64,000 nucleotides of DNA, taken from contig NC_042997.1 of assembly GCF_006345805.1 (NCBI RefSeq), forward strand, positions 66,154,001-66,218,000. Reading direction: 5' to 3'. The stretch comes from Octopus sinensis (Eukaryota). The notes below the pieces were generated by a model. It did no database searches and was not told where the DNA came from. It was given only the letters and a program-made list of their open reading frames with translations. Shown here piece after piece: positions 50,255-62,488 of this stretch (position 1 is the first letter of the stretch; the number at the start of each line of letters is the position of its first letter). The translations under genes were made by a program, and so were the position numbers.

Positions 50255-50378
50255 ATATAAGAATTTTTTGCGTAATGAGATAGAAAACCAAGGCTGTGTA
50301 GATATTAGAACATTTATAAATGTTCTAATATTTACACAGCCTTGGTTTTTTATCTCATTACGCAAAAAATTCTTATAT
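50255..50378. repeat. 124-bp near-perfect palindrome with no spacer
   Basis: 62-bp arms centred on acattta|taaatgt, with 2 mismatches. Confidence 0.92.
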
Positions 50379-50569
50379 ACACACGCTGACATATGACCAA
50401 CATTGAAACCCTTATTCACAAAATTACCAAACCTGGAACTTAACTATGGTCTGTCTATAGCACTTATTCAGCATTACCTGACACATTTGGGTCTCAATGA
50501 CACCATTACTTCTTATAACCTACATACATATACAGATACATATACACATACCTATACATATATATATAT

Positions 50570-50960
50570 ATTATCATCATTGTCGTTTAACGTCCACTTT
50601 TCATGCTGGCATGGGTTGGACGGTTTGACTGGGGGTTGGCAAGCCAGAAGGCTGTACCAGGCTCCAATCCGATCTGGCAAAGTTTCTACAGCTGGATGCC
50701 CTTCCTAATGCCAAACACTCCAAGAGTGTAGTGGGCGCTTTTTATGTGCCGCTGGCACGAGAGCCAGTCAGGCTGTACTGGCATCAACCAAGCTTGAATG
50801 AAGCTTTTTATGTACCACTGGCACAGGAGCCAGTCAGACAGTACTGGCAACGACCATGTCCAAATGGTGCTTTTTATGTGCCACCATTCGAACGTGGTCA
50901 TTACCATTACCGCCTGACTGACCCTCATGCAGGTGGCACATAAAAAGCACCCACGTGGTC
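50570..50960 (-). mobile_element. Family B retroposon with tandemly amplified 5' units
   Basis: Repeated gc(g/t)ttttatgt(g/a)cc(g/a)ctggcac..gagccagtcag.c.gtactggca units. Confidence 0.75.
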
Positions 50961-52080
50961 GCCTGGCCTTCGCCATAGTCTCTACTGTACTCAAATGTAT
51001 TCATAAGGCATCTATCACAATGCCCATGTATCAGGTCATAGTTAAAGACTGCTAGTCACTACTGTTCATGAGAAAAAAGTTCTAAATTCCAACCAGACTT
51101 GTCATTGCTCTGTTTTCTGTTCTCTGGAGTGAGCATTTCTGGCTGTGTTACCTTGAAGTTGTCCTGTTAACCTGTTCTCTTAAGCAGGCTTTTCTATCAG
51201 CCTTAGACACCAACCTCCATCGTTTCTACTCTGGTGTCTCATGCTTCGTCAAGCAAGATTATCTATTGGTTTGAGACTCCAATCTCCATTTCTGCTCTAA
51301 TTCCTCAAGCAGGCTTGCCTGACTGTTTTCAAACTGAACTTTTACTTATCATTTTATTGTGTCTGAAGGGTGTTTCGTTGTCTCTGAGATTGGAGCTTGT
51401 CTTGCCTTTCTTCTTGTTTCCCTTGCCCTTTGGCTTATGGAGCTTCAGGCTTCAGATGATTGAAAAGTATTGAACTGAGAGACAAACTGCATGCATCTAT
51501 GCCCTCATCTATTGCCTATTTTCTACCCCCACATATTCCCACCATTTCATTCCTACAGTAGTAAAAGTGAAAGTTGCACCATTTATTTGTGGAGTATTAA
51601 GTTCAATCAATAACAAAACAAAAAAAAGTCAGACCATGTCAACTGGTCAGACATCAAGAATGACAAGTGAGGGCTCCAAAACTTTTGCACTCCTTGAAAC
51701 AACTTTTCTTCAAGAGGTAATTTCTATCCAAAGCCTTTAGTTAAGGTCTGGCAGCTAACACAACAAAAAGCAAATGTCAACAAAAACCAATAACAATAAT
51801 AAACAACAACAACAGCAGTAGCAGGAGCAGTAGTAGTAGTAGTAGTAGTAGTAGTGGAGGAGGCTTGTGGTGGTAGTAGTTGTCATGGAAATGGTTTCAA
51901 TAATAGCCATTCTTCAACCAACTCTGATCAGTCCCATCCTTACTCTCTCCCCCACCTCCCTCTGTCTCTTCCCTTATTTTCTTCCCCTCCCTCTCACAAA
52001 CAAGTACACACATAAGCACTGTCATCAGAGAAGAGATATTGATAAATTTGAAAGATTTATGAATGAACATGTGATACCAG

Positions 52081-52129
<49 letters not shown>

Positions 52130-52799
52130 TATATATCAGATACAAAACTATTTTAGCTACAAAAATACATTTACTGTCACCTCTACCACCCACCCCTTAA
52201 CTATTTCCAAAAACCTAAAATGGAATGGAACCAATGCTTGTTATTTTTATGTTGTATCAAAGTCTGCATTGTATCAATGTATTTCGTTCAATATTTCGGA
52301 GTTGTTTTTGGTTGTGATAGTGATTGGTTGAGGGAAGGAGGAGGTAGATAGTTTTTTTTTTGTTTTGTTTTTTTTTTTGTTTCTTTCCTCTCATAGATTA
52401 ATTTCAAAGCCAGCCACTGCAGCTTTATCCATTACCAAACATCTTAACTTAATGCATACAAACAAGAGGTGGGTAGCCTAATAGCAAAAGATAGCTAAAA
52501 CATTAGCTTGAGTAAATATTAAAGGATACAAAGAGATTTCATCTAAAACACTTCTTGCCCAACAAGGCAATAAAATCTAGTTCAATGAACATGAATGAGT
52601 TTGGCAAAGTACTTTTTTTTTTACATATGCTTGTTATCTATATAGATGTGTACTTGTATTTGGTTTTATGTGTGTGTATGTTGGTAGATAAATAGATATG
52701 CATAATGCAAGTGTATATGAGAGTGTATGCATTGGTTTATTGCAATGTGTGTGTATGTGTGTGCGTGCGTGCATATACATACATAATTTGTGTTGTGAG

Positions 52800-52950
52800 T
52801 GGGACAGACAGACAGACAGATAGATAGATGAGCAGATAGAGAGACATCTAGATTGATTGACTGACAGAGACAGACAGATAGAGACAAATAGAAACAGACA
52901 AACAAAAAGATAGACAGAGACAGACAAACAGATAGATAGATAGACAGACA
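52800..52950. repeat. (GACA/GATA)n compound microsatellite
   Basis: Direct reading of the sequence. Confidence 0.85.
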
Positions 52951-54062
52951 AATTTACAAGATAAAAAGATTTTGTTTTCAGTTTGTGCTAGTGTACTTTA
53001 AAATTTTGTTGCCTCCGTGACTAAAAATGAAAGAATTCACTCAAAGAGAGAAAGATAAAGATGAAACAACAGTTGTTGCCCTACCTACCCAACAACAAAT
53101 GAGTTGAAAGATGGCTAAAAATGGCAAACATGGATTGCCTAAATAAATAGACCTGCTCCAAACATTCACCTGTGAGTGAACAAAATAAATGTAGAGTTTT
53201 CTTTTTTTTTTTAAAAATACTTTATTGAGGTTTCATTACCTTTCTCATTTTTCTGTAAAAACAGAAATACCTCAGTATCTCCATCCCTATTTCCCTCTCA
53301 GAGCTTAGCAGAAATTAAAGGAGAGACTTGACACAATGCAACATGATTCGTCCAATGTAAGCTTCTGTGTGGTTACTCACTCTATCAGAAACAACAGCTG
53401 AAGCAACACCCTAAAATCTCAAAAAAAGAAAGGCACATAACTTAATGTAGTCCAGGATGCACTACACAGGAAGAGGAGGAAGGATAGGAACACCTGGAAC
53501 AGTCTTGATCATAGGTATGTCAACTGTGGAGAAGTCAACAATTACTACTGGAATGATAGCAATTATTTTGTTGTCTGAAAAAGTTGTTTGAATATGTCCA
53601 GAAGAAAAATTGTACCTCCTTTACACAACTGTTCAAGAATCAAGATTTGCTATGACAGACTCTACTGTCAACTTTGACACAAAAGCGTCCAGTAGTTGGA
53701 TCAACTGAACAGCTAACTCATTGAATTAACATGTAAAGTGGCTAAGTACTCCACATACAGGAGTATCTTTACTATAATTCTTAAGAAGAATCATGTGACA
53801 GAAAATGACTAGGCTAGATCATAGAATTACAACTACAGCTTAGGAGCTTCTACCGTTTCCATCAACCTACTTTCTCCTCATGAGATTTTGGTCAATCCAT
53901 CATGCTTAACAAGTCACATAGTGGCATCAAACCTAGAATTTCAGGATTGTGAAGCTAACTTCACAACCATTCTGTCAAGCTTATGTTCAAGGCATGTTTT
54001 GCTGAAATATTAGTCAGCCTATCTTTAGTTATATACTAAAATATATTAATTACTCCATTGTG

Positions 54063-54289
54063 TTAACCCTTTAGTATTTAAATCAGCCATATCAGACACA
54101 AATATTCTACCTGTTTTACGTACAAACTGGCAAGATCCAGTCTCTCCATCAATACCCTACAATGTCATTCTAAAAATAAAGAAACACATCATCAAAATCT
54201 CAGATACAAAATAATGCCTGATGAATTCAAAATAATATGATTAAACAAGCATTACATTTGACAGAATCATCTTAATGCTAATGAGTTAA
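54063..54289. mobile_element. piggyBac-like MITE, family 1
   Basis: ttaa|ccctttagtatt ... aatgctaatgag|ttaa. Confidence 0.75.
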
Positions 54290-54399
54290 ACATAGTGCAG
54301 AGATGCTAACCCATCATTTTGCCTCATGTCTCTCAATTTTCCTTTGCCACAAATACCACCTACCAACACTATATAGTACTCTTCTAACTAGGAATGTTT

Positions 54400-54897
54400 C
54401 AGGGTAGATCCAAGAAGACGTGGGACAAAGTGGTGAGAAACAATTTTCAGATGCTGGGCCTCAATGAAGGGATACTAAAGGACTGGGCATTGTGGCAACT
54501 TATCGTACTTGAGAAAACATGTCAAGCTAGGTAAAACCATGGCCATCCATAGATACAAGCATATCCTTTATAGCCATGCCCACCTCTCTCTCTCTCTCCC
54601 AACTAGAGGTCTTTGTTTTACAGGTGTTGATGCCACATAAAATGCATTCATGGTGTCATGTAAAGTGCCCACATGCCAGTGCCACATAAAATGCTCTCAT
54701 ATTGATGCCACATAAAAGCACTCATGCCAGTAGCATATAAAAATCACCCAGCACACTCTGTAAAGTGGTTAGTGTTAGGAAGGGCATTCAGCCACAGAAA
54801 CCATGCCAAAACAGACCATTGAAGCCTGGACAGCTCTCTGACTATCAAACCATTCAACCCATGCCAGCATGCAAAACGGATATTAAACGACGATGAT
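54400..54897 (+). mobile_element. RTE 3' coding remnant followed by a family B 3' region
   Basis: GRSKKTWDKVVRNNFQMLGLNEG...VLEKT, then about five tgccacataaaa(t/g)c units and the (GAT/GAC) tail. Confidence 0.6.
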
Positions 54898-55510
54898 AAA
54901 CTGCACTGCTATGATTGTCTATCATGCACATATCACAGCAATTGGCTTTAATATTCATCCATTCTCTCTGCTCACTTGTGTTCTGTTGTTCCAAGCAAGT
55001 TAATAATTATGCACATTCAACAGACCATGCTTACTTTATTCCTCTCCAGCCAGCATAGCTCTTCCACATTCAATGCCATGAAGCATCACACTTCTTACAC
55101 ATGCTTCACACATTTTGTCTTCCGCTTTACACTGGGCAAGAGAAATCCATTGTAGCTAATAGAGCCAATACTTCCATTATGCTTTGAAAATTTCTAACAG
55201 GCAATGCAGACCACACAAAGCATTTTTTGGCAATCTCAACAGCATTAGATACTCTTTCTGCAACATTAATTTTCATCTTTATTTTTTTCTCCCTTGTCTA
55301 TTACTATAATGCTTTACTTATCATTCTTTACCAATCATTGCAATTATATTTTGCTTATTCTGGTTTCCCTTCTTTTCCTCATCACTTTCCCTACACATCT
55401 CTTTGGCTTATTGATTAAATTATTTATTCATCTACTTACAAAGACAGCTAAATAGCTGAATTCTATAACTTCTCAAAAGAGATAATGATATACATAGCAT
55501 ATGCATACCT

Positions 55511-55579
<69 letters not shown>

Positions 55580-56609
55580 ACATACAAGTACATAAAAATA
55601 ACACATGTATGCTGATACATGCATGGACACACAAACACAACACTCAGGATGTGGGACTTAAGAAAAATGCTGTATTTCAGATATATCCAGCTCATGTGAA
55701 CATCAAAACAAAATATAAAAATGGTGGTGGTGGTGGTGGTGATAATAATGATGATGGAGTAGTGGTTATTGGTAGGATCATCAGAGCATCAGACAGAATA
55801 CCTCATAGTATTTATTATGGTTCCTTATGTTTTGAGTTCAAATCCCTCAATTTTACCCTTCATCGTTCCAAGCTTTGTGAAATAAAATACTTGCCAAGTA
55901 CTCTAATCGATCCACGCACTTGTACTATATTTCATTGACCTTGGCAGTAAGGAAGGCAAAGTTGACCTTGGCAGGGTTCGAACTCAGAATATAAAAAGCC
56001 AGAATAAATATCACAAGGAATTTTGTTTGATACTCTCATGATTCTACTAATCATCATCATCATTTTTATGCTCATTTCCATCTTCCCATGAGTTAAATCC
56101 ATTTTTTTCCTCTCCCTAAGTCTATAAGGTGTGTGTGTGTGTGTGTGTGTACATATGTGTGTGTGCGTGTACATATGTGTGTGTGCATGTACATATGTGT
56201 GTGTGCATGTACATGTGTGTGCATGTGCGCACATGTGTGTGTACATATGTGTGTGTGTATCTGAATGCTTACATTCTGTCATGTTCTCAGATTGAAATCA
56301 CTTAATTAAAAGCAGTGATGGCATGTTCCCTGTGAGCAAATGGCTCTGTAGCTCTGCGCTTTCAAAAACAAGTAGAATTAAAATTCCTTGCTTAAAAAAG
56401 AATAAAAATCAGCAGAGGGTTAACAACAGGAATAGCAAAGAACATCTAACTGTAAAATAATGACTCAATAGTAGGTCTTTGTTCAACCCATGCTAGCACA
56501 GAAAAACAGATATTAAACAAAATGAACAACAAAATACATGTGGGGGGGGGGGTAATACATATGCACACATGAACACAAATACATACATACGTATGTGTGA
56601 GTGAGTGTA

Positions 56610-57709
56610 CAGGGTGTTTCAACTACATTTGGTAAATAGTTTTATGCCTCCCTTTTTCAGGAACAGCTTCATGTATTGGTGAATATCAATGGCATTGGAG
56701 AACAAAGATTAAAACTGTAATTGAGAAAATGTTAGCTGACATGGAGGACTGGAAGCCATTAGAATATTGGAAAAGAGTTACCTGTATCATGATGGTTTGC
56801 ACCAAGCATCAAAATGCTAACATCATGACTGCTGCCCAATGCTCTGTGGACAATGTAAAGGTTGTAAGACATGATACAGACAGCTGCAACAGAGATTATG
56901 AAGCCATAGCCAGCAGGAAGGGATACAGCAGGCATTCTGATAGTGTCTGCATTCCAGAATTCATCCTCACATCTTTGAATAGAGCCTTAGCCCTAATTCA
57001 GATGGCTATGTGAAGCTGCTGGAGACTATGCCAATCCCTGGCTAGAGAGGATTGCTGTTGAGAGGCCATATGTGTGACAACAGAAAAGAGCCGACAGTGG
57101 TTGTTGGAGAATTTCCATAACTTCATCAGCCCTAACTTCTGGCCTCCTAATGCCCCCATTTCTAATCCCATGGATTACTATGTGTGAGGCATGATTGAGA
57201 AAGACACCAACTGCTCTACTTGCAACACCAAGGCTGAGCTAGAGGCCAAGATCAAGGAAGTGTTAAAAGGTCTTCCCAGGGACACAATGACGAATGCATG
57301 CACCAGATTCCAGAGCCATCTTGAGGCTGTGGTGGCATTAGAAGGCAGCAACTTTGAGTAAGCTATTATCTTCCAGTCATAACCATCATCATCATTTAAC
57401 GTCTGTTCTCCAAGCTGGCACAAGTTGGACAGTTTGATAGGAACTGGCTGGCTGGAGAGCTGCCAGACTCCATTTGTTTGTTTGGTTTGGTTTTTATGGC
57501 TGGATGCTCTTCTTAATTCCATTTTACAGAGTGAACTGGGTGTTTTTTTTTTATGTGTCATTGGCATGGGTGCTTTTAGATGGCACCACCATAAGTATCT
57601 ATTATATGGCACTAGCAGAAGTGCTTTACACAGCACTGGTACCAGCACTTGGGCCATTGTGTTTTCTTTCTCTTTTATACATACTGTCAAATTTAACTCT
57701 AATACCTTG
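56610..57709 (+). mobile_element. Internally deleted Tc1/mariner-superfamily element (maT/rosa-like), interrupted by a family B insert at about 57385-57650
   Basis: Left end TA|cagggtgtttcaactacatttg and a degenerate right end (reverse complement TA|caaggtattagagttaaatttg). Peptide NFISPNFWPPNAPISNPMDYYV*GMIEK...NACTRFQSHLEAVVALEG. Confidence 0.75.
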
Positions 57710-58769
57710 TATATGCGAACACATCTATGCTTCAGAAAAGTATTGTAAAGTGGTATATTGAGTCAAAAGGCATCTTAGTCGTTTCACAAATATAGATCAA
57801 TAAAATAAGTAGCAGAGTGAAGTAAGTACTAGGGTCGATATGATCAACTAAAAATGTGAAACACAGCTTGGTAACAGTCCAATGACTGAAATAAGTAGAA
57901 GAGTTTATGGTGCTATATGGTGATTTAGTTTAAATTGCTAGAAACTAGTTCAAGTCTGCTCCATCTTTCTCTCACTTATTTTATCTTATTTCAAGGACAA
58001 GCAATGACTGGTTCCCAACTTAATATATCCTAGAAACAGTTATAGTAGCATATGAAATTACACTTGCAATAGAGACTTCACTATAAGGCTATATCAATTC
58101 ATACATATGAGACAGGTCTTTTGCTATCTGTTTCATGCTAAACTGTTTAAATGCAACATTAAATCAATGGTATACGGGCTGCTGGTGTATCTTTACAATT
58201 CCAATACATTATAGATAATTTCTTATCCTCTTTTTCTCCAGACATTATAATTCAAGTTGCTGAGCTTACACTATATTCTCCTTGATGATATCCTCTTGAT
58301 ATTTAGCCTCTCTTTGATAGGTTTCATTATTCTCTTATAATGTCCCTGTTCCTTCCTTTAAGCAATATCTCCTTAATATAATACTCTTGTCTGTTATTAT
58401 GATATGTCACACAGAAACCACATTATGAATAACTATTATCTTTTGTAACCGAAACAAACATTTCAGTTCATTCTTACTAGTTTCAGTACAGAATCTTATT
58501 GACAAAATTCAAATTTTTTCTTCTTTCTTTATTAGGCTCAATAAAGTGATATAAAGCAGCACCCATGACATTTTTCAGAGCCTTCAAGACTGGTGGGAGG
58601 AAATTATCATCAAGCCAGAGACTTGACCCTTATGTTCACAATACAGTGAACTCCACAAAAAGAACAAAAAGCACCCAAGGGACAAATAGTAGTGTTCTTC
58701 TTTGACTAATCCATAACAAGATTATGAATGAAACGAAGGATAGGCAAAAAAATTAAAACAAAAAATAAG

Positions 58770-59130
58770 AAACAAGAAAGAGCACTCAGAGAGCACAAAC
58801 CTCTGCCAAGGCAACACTACCATCCTCTCAACGATTAACCAGTGATGAGTTTTAAAATGAGAATATCTGAAATAAATTCAAATGCTCTCACAAACAAGAA
58901 CACTAAAAATGAACCTGGCCGCTCACAAAAATTAAGTAAAAAAACAGGGAAAATAATCCAGAATCCATGTCTGGTACCAGATCAATCCCAAAATCTAATC
59001 AGTTCATGCCAGTCACAAGGCCAACCATCCCTGAAACTTTAATCTGAATTCATCCAGTGGTTCTTGAGATATTTTGTCCACAGACAAACAAACAAACAAA
59101 CATGACTGAAAACAAGGTGGAAGTAGTAAA
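58770..59130 (+). mobile_element. Helentron-associated (HINE/DINE-1-like) non-autonomous element, tentative
   Basis: aagagcactcagagagcacaaacctctgccaaggc start, ...tgagatattttgtccacagacaaacaaacaaac microsatellite, and a degenerate complementary end aaggtggaagta. Confidence 0.45.
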
Positions 59131-60344
59131 AAAACAGAAACTACGGAATTTGTGCTATTTCAGAGAGATTTAACAACCAAATTAAAAGATTCCTACAGAA
59201 AAATAAAGCCAGATTCCTTGATTCAATTTATATTACTACAATTACTACAATATTGACAGCAGTGCCACTGCATCATCAAAGCTAACTGGCAAGAACCAGC
59301 CAAAGAATATACCACAGCACTCACAACAAACACACAAAAATATATGTATTGTTGATTGAAAAGGACTTGAAAATCCTCTTGATGTTTGTCTTGCTAACTG
59401 GTAAGCAGACATTCAGAATGATTAGTTAAAATACTCGGCTCACTTGCTTAAGGATGTTCTAAGCCAAACATCATTATCACCATGTCTCAAAAAGCACAGT
59501 TTTACATTTTAACTTCACACTTTCTTTTTGTTTTGTTCTTCTTTTTTTTTGGGGGGGGGGGTCATTGGAAAAGAGTTTGTAGTTGAACCAGGAACATACA
59601 GAACTGAAACAGACGTCACAAGGCATCTTGTCCAGTTCTCTAAAAAATTCTATCAATACCTTGGAGAGGTATTTTATTTATTGGCCTTAAAAGGATGAAA
59701 AGCAACGTTGGTTGACTGAGGCAGGATTTGAACTCAGAATCCACAGAGCTGGAACAAATACAGCAAGGCATCAATTCAACATCATGCACAGGTGCAGGAA
59801 TGGCTGTGCAATTTAGGAGTTCAGTTCCCAACCATGTAGTTTTGTGTTCAGTCCCATTGTGCAGCACCTTCTATAAGTGTTTTCTGCTATAGCCCAAGGC
59901 TGACAAAATCCTTAAGTGAATCTGTTAAACAGAAATGAAAACAAGCTAGCTCTGTTTGTGTGTGTGTGTGTGTATTCTTTTACACTTTTACTTCTTGTTT
60001 CAGTCATTTGACTGCAGCCATGCTGGAGCACTGCTTATAAATATGTGTGCGTGTGTGTGTGCGTGTGTGCATTTATATATAATGGGAGAGTGGAGGATTA
60101 CACCTGCACTTGTTATTCAAGAGTCACTGAAGTGGTGGTGCTGTTAGCACTTCTGTCAGTAACTTGTCAGTTCATTTTGTAACTTCAAAACTCTAAGAAG
60201 AGACGCCTTATTTGAAAAGCAGGCAGAGGTGAACATCAGGAAGGGCATCAAGCTGAAAATCAATGCCACATTCATTTTACCCATGCTAGCATGGAAAAAC
60301 AGACATAGAAACAAACTAACATACATATATGTATGTACATACAC

Positions 60345-60587
60345 ATATTTGTTTGTTTTTGTTTTTTTTTTTTTTGTTTTTCCAGTTTCAGCTCTTGAGC
60401 TGTGGCCATGCTGGGGCACCGCCATTGTGGTGAAAGAGTACAGCAGGGATCACCACCCCCTGCCAGAGCCTCGTAGAGCTTTTAGGTGTTTTCGCTCAAT
60501 AAACACACACAACGCCCAGTCTGAGAATCGAAACCGCGATCCTGCGACCGCAAGTCCGCTGCCCTAACCACTAGGCCATTGCGCCTC
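60345..60587 (-). mobile_element. Young CpG-rich tRNA-derived SINE
   Basis: gaggcgcaa-TGGCCTAGTGG (A box)...GGTTTCGATTC (B box). The tail ggcggtgccccagcatggccacag is shared with family A. Confidence 0.8.
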
Positions 60588-60974
60588 TACATAGATCCTA
60601 TACATAGATCCTATACATGATTTCTTTCAAAAACAAACTTTTAGCTTCTCCTTAGCACAGGAAGTAAAATCATCCAATAAGAATAATGCTGATTAAAGAA
60701 GGTTTGTGAAGTGCAAGATTATTGTACATATTGTACTAAGCTGAAATTTACAAAGCCATGCTATTGTATTCTTGAACAAAACACTTAATAATATTCATTC
60801 TATCCAATCCCCCCCAAAAAGTTCCGCATCTAATTCTGGAGATGAGTGGTTAGCATTAGGTAGGTCAGGAAACCAGCTGTGAAAGACTTGCAAGGCATTT
60901 TATCTGGTGCTCTACCAAGTCTACCATCTGCTGCCCTACTATATTGTCTTTTGTTTTTCTTTTTCATTTCTACT

Positions 60975-61555
60975 ATAAGCACAGGCCCAAAATTCTGGGA
61001 AACTGGGGAGGGCTTAACTATTAGGATAAGCATCAGTTGAGCACTGGACTCAACTGGTACTTATTTTATTGAACCCAAAAGGATGAAATGCAAAGTTGAC
61101 CTCGGCAGAATTTGAACTCAGTTGGAAGAAATGCTGCTAAGTATTTTGTCCAGTGTGCTGATGATTTTGCCAGTTCACTACTTTCTGATACCCTAATATA
61201 ATATTAATAGTCAAATTCCACCGAAGTCCACTGTGCCTTTCATCCTTTTGGAGTCAATAAAATCAGTACCAGTTGGGTACAGAGGGTGATGTAATCAACT
61301 CACACCCTCTGCCAAAACTGCTGGCCTTGTGCCAAAATTTGAAATTACTACAATATTAATTGTAGTCATTTCTAATTTAGGCACAAGGCCAGCAATGTTT
61401 GAGAAGACGGTGTTATTACTTTGCTTTATTGGCTTCAAAAGGATAACAGGCAAAGTTGACTTCAAAGGGATTTGAATCCAGAATACAAAGACCAGTAACT
61501 AAATACTGCTAAGCATTTTTTTCACATGTTATAAGGATTCTTCTAATCCACCACC
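60975..61555. mobile_element. Cluster of three family C SINE copies in -/+/- orientation
   Basis: Each carries the gttgac(c/t)t..gc.gaatttgaactc / cctttcatcctttt block. Confidence 0.7.
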
Positions 61556-61633
61556 CCAAAAATTGCTTCTAAAAGCCCTGGGGCCTGATATTTAGTATGG
61601 AGAGGTTAGCCAAATCAAGCCTAGTACTTGTTA

Positions 61634-62106
61634 TTAGGTTGCGGAAAAATTTTGTGTGCCATGTTAAAATAATGTTTTTTTTAATATTTTTTTGTGGTGT
61701 GTGTGTGTTCATTCAATTCATGTCATGTCCAATGGTGACTCACTGTGTTTGTCAAAAATGCGCTTTGTTTCAACAAGACAGTGCAAAGCCACATACCACT
61801 GGAAAGACCAGCAACAAGATTGATAGGCTACCACATCCAGCCTATAGTCCAGACATTGCTCCATCTGACTACGGTCTCTTCCGATCAATGCAGCACTTCG
61901 ATGAAGCTGAAGGAGCCTGTCAAGAACTTTTCGATTCAAAACTGAAGGATTGGTACTTTGACCAAATCAGAAAGCTTGCAGATCGTTGGGAGAAGGTTGT
62001 GAAAAATGTTGGTCTTTATTTTGAAGAATAGTTGTTATTTTTGAATAAATTCTTGCATAAAAAATCATTATTTTAATATGGCACATGAACTTATTCTTCA
62101 ACCTAG
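61634..62106 (+). mobile_element. Internally deleted mariner element (about 473 bp)
   Basis: TA target duplications and TIRs of about 40 bp, (t/c)taggttg...tgtgccat(g/a)ttaaaataatg. Peptides LFQQDSAKPHT, HPAYSPDIAPSDYGLF, RWEKVV. Confidence 0.85.
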
Positions 62107-62229
62107 TAATTTATCAATCCCATAAAAATGAAGCTGAAGTTGACCTCAGCAGGACTTAAACTCAAATGTAAAGAGTTAAAGGCATTTTCTCAAAAGCACT
62201 ATCAATTTTACCAATCCATCACTCTAAGA

Positions 62230-62488
62230 CAGTGGTTCTCAACCAATTTTTGTCCTGTGAACCTATTGGATTCCTATTTTACTCAGGGAGAAAAATCCTC
62301 ATAGCCATTCAATATCTAAAAACTCCCATTATATTTTTATAATTAAATATTATTAGGAATTGTATTAAAAAATTGTTTAAATATTTTGTATAATGTAGAA
62401 GTTTAATGAAATTATTACACACAAATTTTAACAACAAAATCTTATATGGACCCCCAAGGGCCATATGGACTCTGGTTGAGAACTACTG
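62230..62488. mobile_element. hAT-family MITE
   Basis: TIR cagtggttctcaacc / ggttgagaactactg and a perfect 8-bp target duplication CTCTAAGA (62222-62229, 62489-62496). Confidence 0.9.

Noticed and set aside
51080-51480. Possible coding exon on the minus strand
   Set aside because: There are multiple stops in all frames. It may be a decayed LINE ORF1, but I cannot support a call.
58241-58319. Strong plus-strand acceptor (tcctctttttctccag) with a downstream donor
   Set aside because: All three frames are closed, and the region looks like an old TE remnant.
60510-60587. tRNA gene
   Set aside because: It has A/B boxes but no complete cloverleaf acceptor stem, and it continues into a SINE body and tail.
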